Below the pieces are notes generated by a model. It ran no database searches. It worked only from the letters and a program-made list of their open reading frames with translations, and had not been told where the DNA came from. Below, one piece after another: positions 33,517 through 36,726 of a DNA stretch of 36,726 nt (positions are counted from its first letter, which is position 1; every line of letters begins with the position of its first letter). Location: NCBI RefSeq assembly GCF_001194135.2, contig NC_068998.1, forward strand, positions 31,150,429-31,187,154, in the 5' to 3' direction. Source of the DNA: Octopus bimaculoides (taxonomy: Eukaryota). The translations under genes and the position numbers were made by a program.

Positions 33517-35736
33517 TTGCACCAGGCACTAAGCTGGTATTTGTTATGAAGGTCACAGAGGGTGTCATTGCACAATTGATACATAATTAGATCATCTTAA
33601 TGAGATGTAGTTTGGTTTTGTGCCTAGAAGAGATACCACAGATGCAATCTTCCTAGTAAAGCAACTTCAGGAGAAATAATTGGCTAAGAGTAAACCATTA
33701 TTCCTAGTCTTTGTTAACCTGAAGAAGGCATCTGATAGGGTACCACATACAATAACCTGGTGGCACTAAGCAAATAGGCTTTGATGAATGGCTTGTGAAT
33801 ACTGTACAAGCCATGTACAAAGATGCAGTAAGTAAAGTTAGTCAACAATGATTTCGATGAAGAGTTTAACCTAAGGGTTAGAACCCATCAAGGCCCTGTC
33901 TTCAGTTCCCCATCCTAGTCCTGCAGGCCATCACAGAGAAGTTTAAGACTGGCTGTCCATGGGAACTTCTATATGCTGATGATCTAGTTGTTATAGCTGA
34001 ATTTATAGGGGTATTATAGAGGAAATTCCAGGTATGGAAGCTCAATCTAGAATCAAGAGGCCTAAAAGCAAACGTAGCAAGGACTGAAGTTTTAGTAAGT
34101 AGGAAAGATAACGGGACCCTGGTATCTTCAAGGAAAATGCCTTTTTCAAAATGTGGAAAAGGAGTAGGTATAAACTCCATACACTGTACCTAATATAAGA
34201 TATGGACACACAAGAAATGTAAGCAGACTTATAGAGAACATATGTGATAGTTGCACTGGAGCAGTACATTCTTGAAATACACTGAAAATAGACTCCATCG
34301 AATGTGTGGATAGCTTACTAGAAGTAATTGATGAAAGGCAGATTATGTGATGCTTGTGGTTTGTATTAGAGCTGCAATACTGCATGATATTGAGACATGA
34401 GCCTTCAGCACAGAAGAATTGAGAAGATTGGAAATATATGAGGCGAGCATACTCTGTTGGATGTGCAATGTAAGTGTGCATATGACAGTATAAATGTGCC
34501 AAGAGAAAAACGGCATAAGAGGAATCAGATGTAGTGTATGCTGATATGGTCATATGATGTGTATGGATGAGGACTATTGTATAAAGTGCCTATCAGTAAA
34601 TATGGCTGGAGCTTGTGGACGAGAGAAATCCAAGAAGACATGGAAGGAAGTGGTGAAACCTGACTGCAGGACCCTGAGCCTGATGGAGGAGATGCCTAAG
34701 GACTGGGATGTCTGACAGTACATGGTCCTCAAAAAGACTTGGCTGATCATGGCAAAACTGACTCTGAAAGAACTGTTGCTGTACGTATTACTTAGGTGCA
34801 CAAATAGACACTCATCCAATCTCCTCCTCCTTGCCCCCACCCGTATCTTTCTTATTACAGCTTCCCAATTCACCCCTCTTGATACTACACTCTCTTATCC
34901 ATTAATATTGTCCTCTGCACGTATATATCACACTGATCTTTTCCATCCCCACATTGGACCACTGAATTCTATCCTCATGTACTCCACCTAACTCTCTCTG
35001 TCACCCCCTCTGCTCTCGTCTCCCCAGACACATCATCATTTACTTGCTCCCCACTGCCATGTCAACTGTATCATCATTACTATCCTGTACCTACTCTCTT
35101 CTTGCCTCCATTTACCTCCTCAATTTAGACATCTTTGACAATCCCCACCCTTCATCTGCTTTTTGACCCTTACCTAGTCATTACTGTGTTGCTTGTCTTC
35201 CCTCTCTCATTTTCCCCCCTCATACACTCTTACAGACCTCCACCCACTCCTAATTTCACTGTTCCCGCTCACTTCTACTCAATTTGTACCTTGAGGTGCC
35301 ACCTTGACACCCCATCACCACTATTAATCACTGCAACAACTACTGATTCATTTCTAACTCTCTCCTAAATGTCCTCATCCATACACATCATATTTAATTT
35401 AACTCCCTTACAACTAGAACTTACTCTGACTCATCCCTTCTTTCTTACCTTAACCTTCATCTGCCTGCATAATCCCCTCTTCTCAGGTTTTGAAGGCTTG
35501 CAAGCTGCATAGTAACCTCACTCATGTCAGTAGCAAAAGAAAAATAGCTAGTGCACAGTATAAAGTGATTGGCATTAAGGAAGGGCATCCAGCCATAGAA
35601 ATCATACTGTCAGATCTGATCAAACTGTGCAATCCATGCCAGTATGGAACATGGACATTAATGATATTAATGATATATCTACATATATATATATGCGTAC
35701 AGATTATGACATATATTTACTGTTTTCTGGCTACAG

Positions 35737-35808
35737 GCTTTTATCGCTGACTGCATGTTGCTCATGGCAACTGTTATACATCTTGGAAAGTCAGGACTTC
35801 CTACAAAG
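35737..35808 (+). CDS. COPB1: Coatomer subunit beta, internal coding exon C (AFIADCMLLMATVIHLGKSGLPTK)
   Basis: Acceptor TTTTCTGGCTACAG and donor AAG|GTAAGC. Length 72 nt, phase 0/0. Continues exon B in frame and resembles recalled COPB1 [24 protein letters not shown]. Confidence 0.95.
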
Positions 35809-36271
35809 GTAAGCAACATTTTCTCTCATTCTTTTTTTCTTTTTTCTTTCTATTTTTCTTTCATCATTGATTTCTGCTTTGATTTACCATTAGAACATGA
35901 TGTGTACTACTAATTATTAATGAAAGTTTCATAGATGTTTTGCAAAGTCATCTGGATTACATTGTATAGACCATGTAAACTTATCCCAGAAAATGATCTC
36001 TTCTATCTTGGATAACATATTTGAAAACATTATAATAATATTTGTTAAAAGATGCTAAATTACTCATTATGTAAAACATACTAATTATAATTATGTAACA
36101 TGCATAAAAATTGGTTTTAGTGTTAGATTAGAACCTTACACTAAAACAGATTTTATTTATATCTCCCTAAGTAAAAATGCAAGCCTGGCAACTAGTTTAT
36201 TGCAATTCAGAATTTTCTTTAATCATTAATTGTTGATTCTACATCACCAGAATTCTGGGATTTATTTATAT

Positions 36272-36726
36272 ACTAGCAGAGATACCTGGCATTGCCCGTG
36301 TTACATGCAATTGAAGAATGAGACTTTTCTGTTATATTTTCTGTAAGGAACTGGAATACAAATGATTCGAATTTCATGAAAATTGCACATGAGGGTTCTT
36401 TCCTTCTTTACACACCATAAAAAAATTCTAATCATGAGACATGTATCCCATACTATTGATCTTTATGTGCATATTCCAAAATTTCAGTCTTCTGGAACCT
36501 GTAAAAAGGATTTTGCTCCTGAGAAATGGAGCTCATGGAGCTCTAAAATGTAGGAATGAAGGCCCCTATTGGGGGTGGGTGTGTTAATGTCAACCAGAGA
36601 AGTTGAATTGTTGGGAATGTTTTTAACTTGGGTCTTATAGTATGCTTGTATATATGTGAGAGTAGAGGGCTTTCCTATAAGGTGTTATCCACCCCTGATT
36701 GGAACTCTCCCGTATGACATGTACGC
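36272..36726 (+). mobile_element. Possible Helitron/Helentron-type non-autonomous element, 5' part running out of the window
   Basis: Begins ACTAGCAGAGATACCTGGCATTGCCCGTG after a T-rich/TA site, which resembles the recalled 5' subterminal palindrome of HINE/DINE-like elements. No coding support. Confidence 0.4.

Larger units (their letters stand above)
31810..35660 (+). mobile_element. Long degenerate RTE LINE (endonuclease C-terminus, RT, pyrimidine-rich 3' UTR, tail) with two nested insertions
   Basis: Endonuclease part GYGFGS...GSRLLEFCDANELII.NTNFRK...SQIDYIL. RT part PGPSG, FGFVPR..TTDAIFLVKQL and ELLYADDLVV. The tail is GGAAGGGCATCCAGCC...GGACATTAATGAT. Confidence 0.85.

Overview
AT-rich, microsatellite-rich metazoan genomic DNA. 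The repeat content resembles an octopus/cephalopod genome, which is an inference. It holds three small + strand coding exons of coatomer subunit beta (COPB1): 14734-14839, 29938-30058 and 35737-35808. They have canonical AG/GT ends, join in frame, and are separated by introns of about 15.1 kb and 5.7 kb. Nearly everything else is intronic transposon debris: RTE, CR1, R4/Dong-like and Tx1/L1-like LINEs, four Penelope-like (PLE) fragments, two mariner relics, tRNA-derived SINEs, MITEs, simple repeats and four N gaps. None of the ORFs in the supplied track is a complete gene. The most unusual structure is a 361-bp insertion (27412-27772) inside a Penelope ORF. It has a 12-bp target-site duplication and folds into a ~145-bp-arm hairpin of PLE-terminal-repeat-like sequence with degenerate hammerhead cores, and its loop is a short (TTAGGG)n telomeric tract. 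A separate minimal hammerhead-ribozyme motif lies at 22880-22922. TE boundaries are approximate unless a TSD or TIR is quoted.
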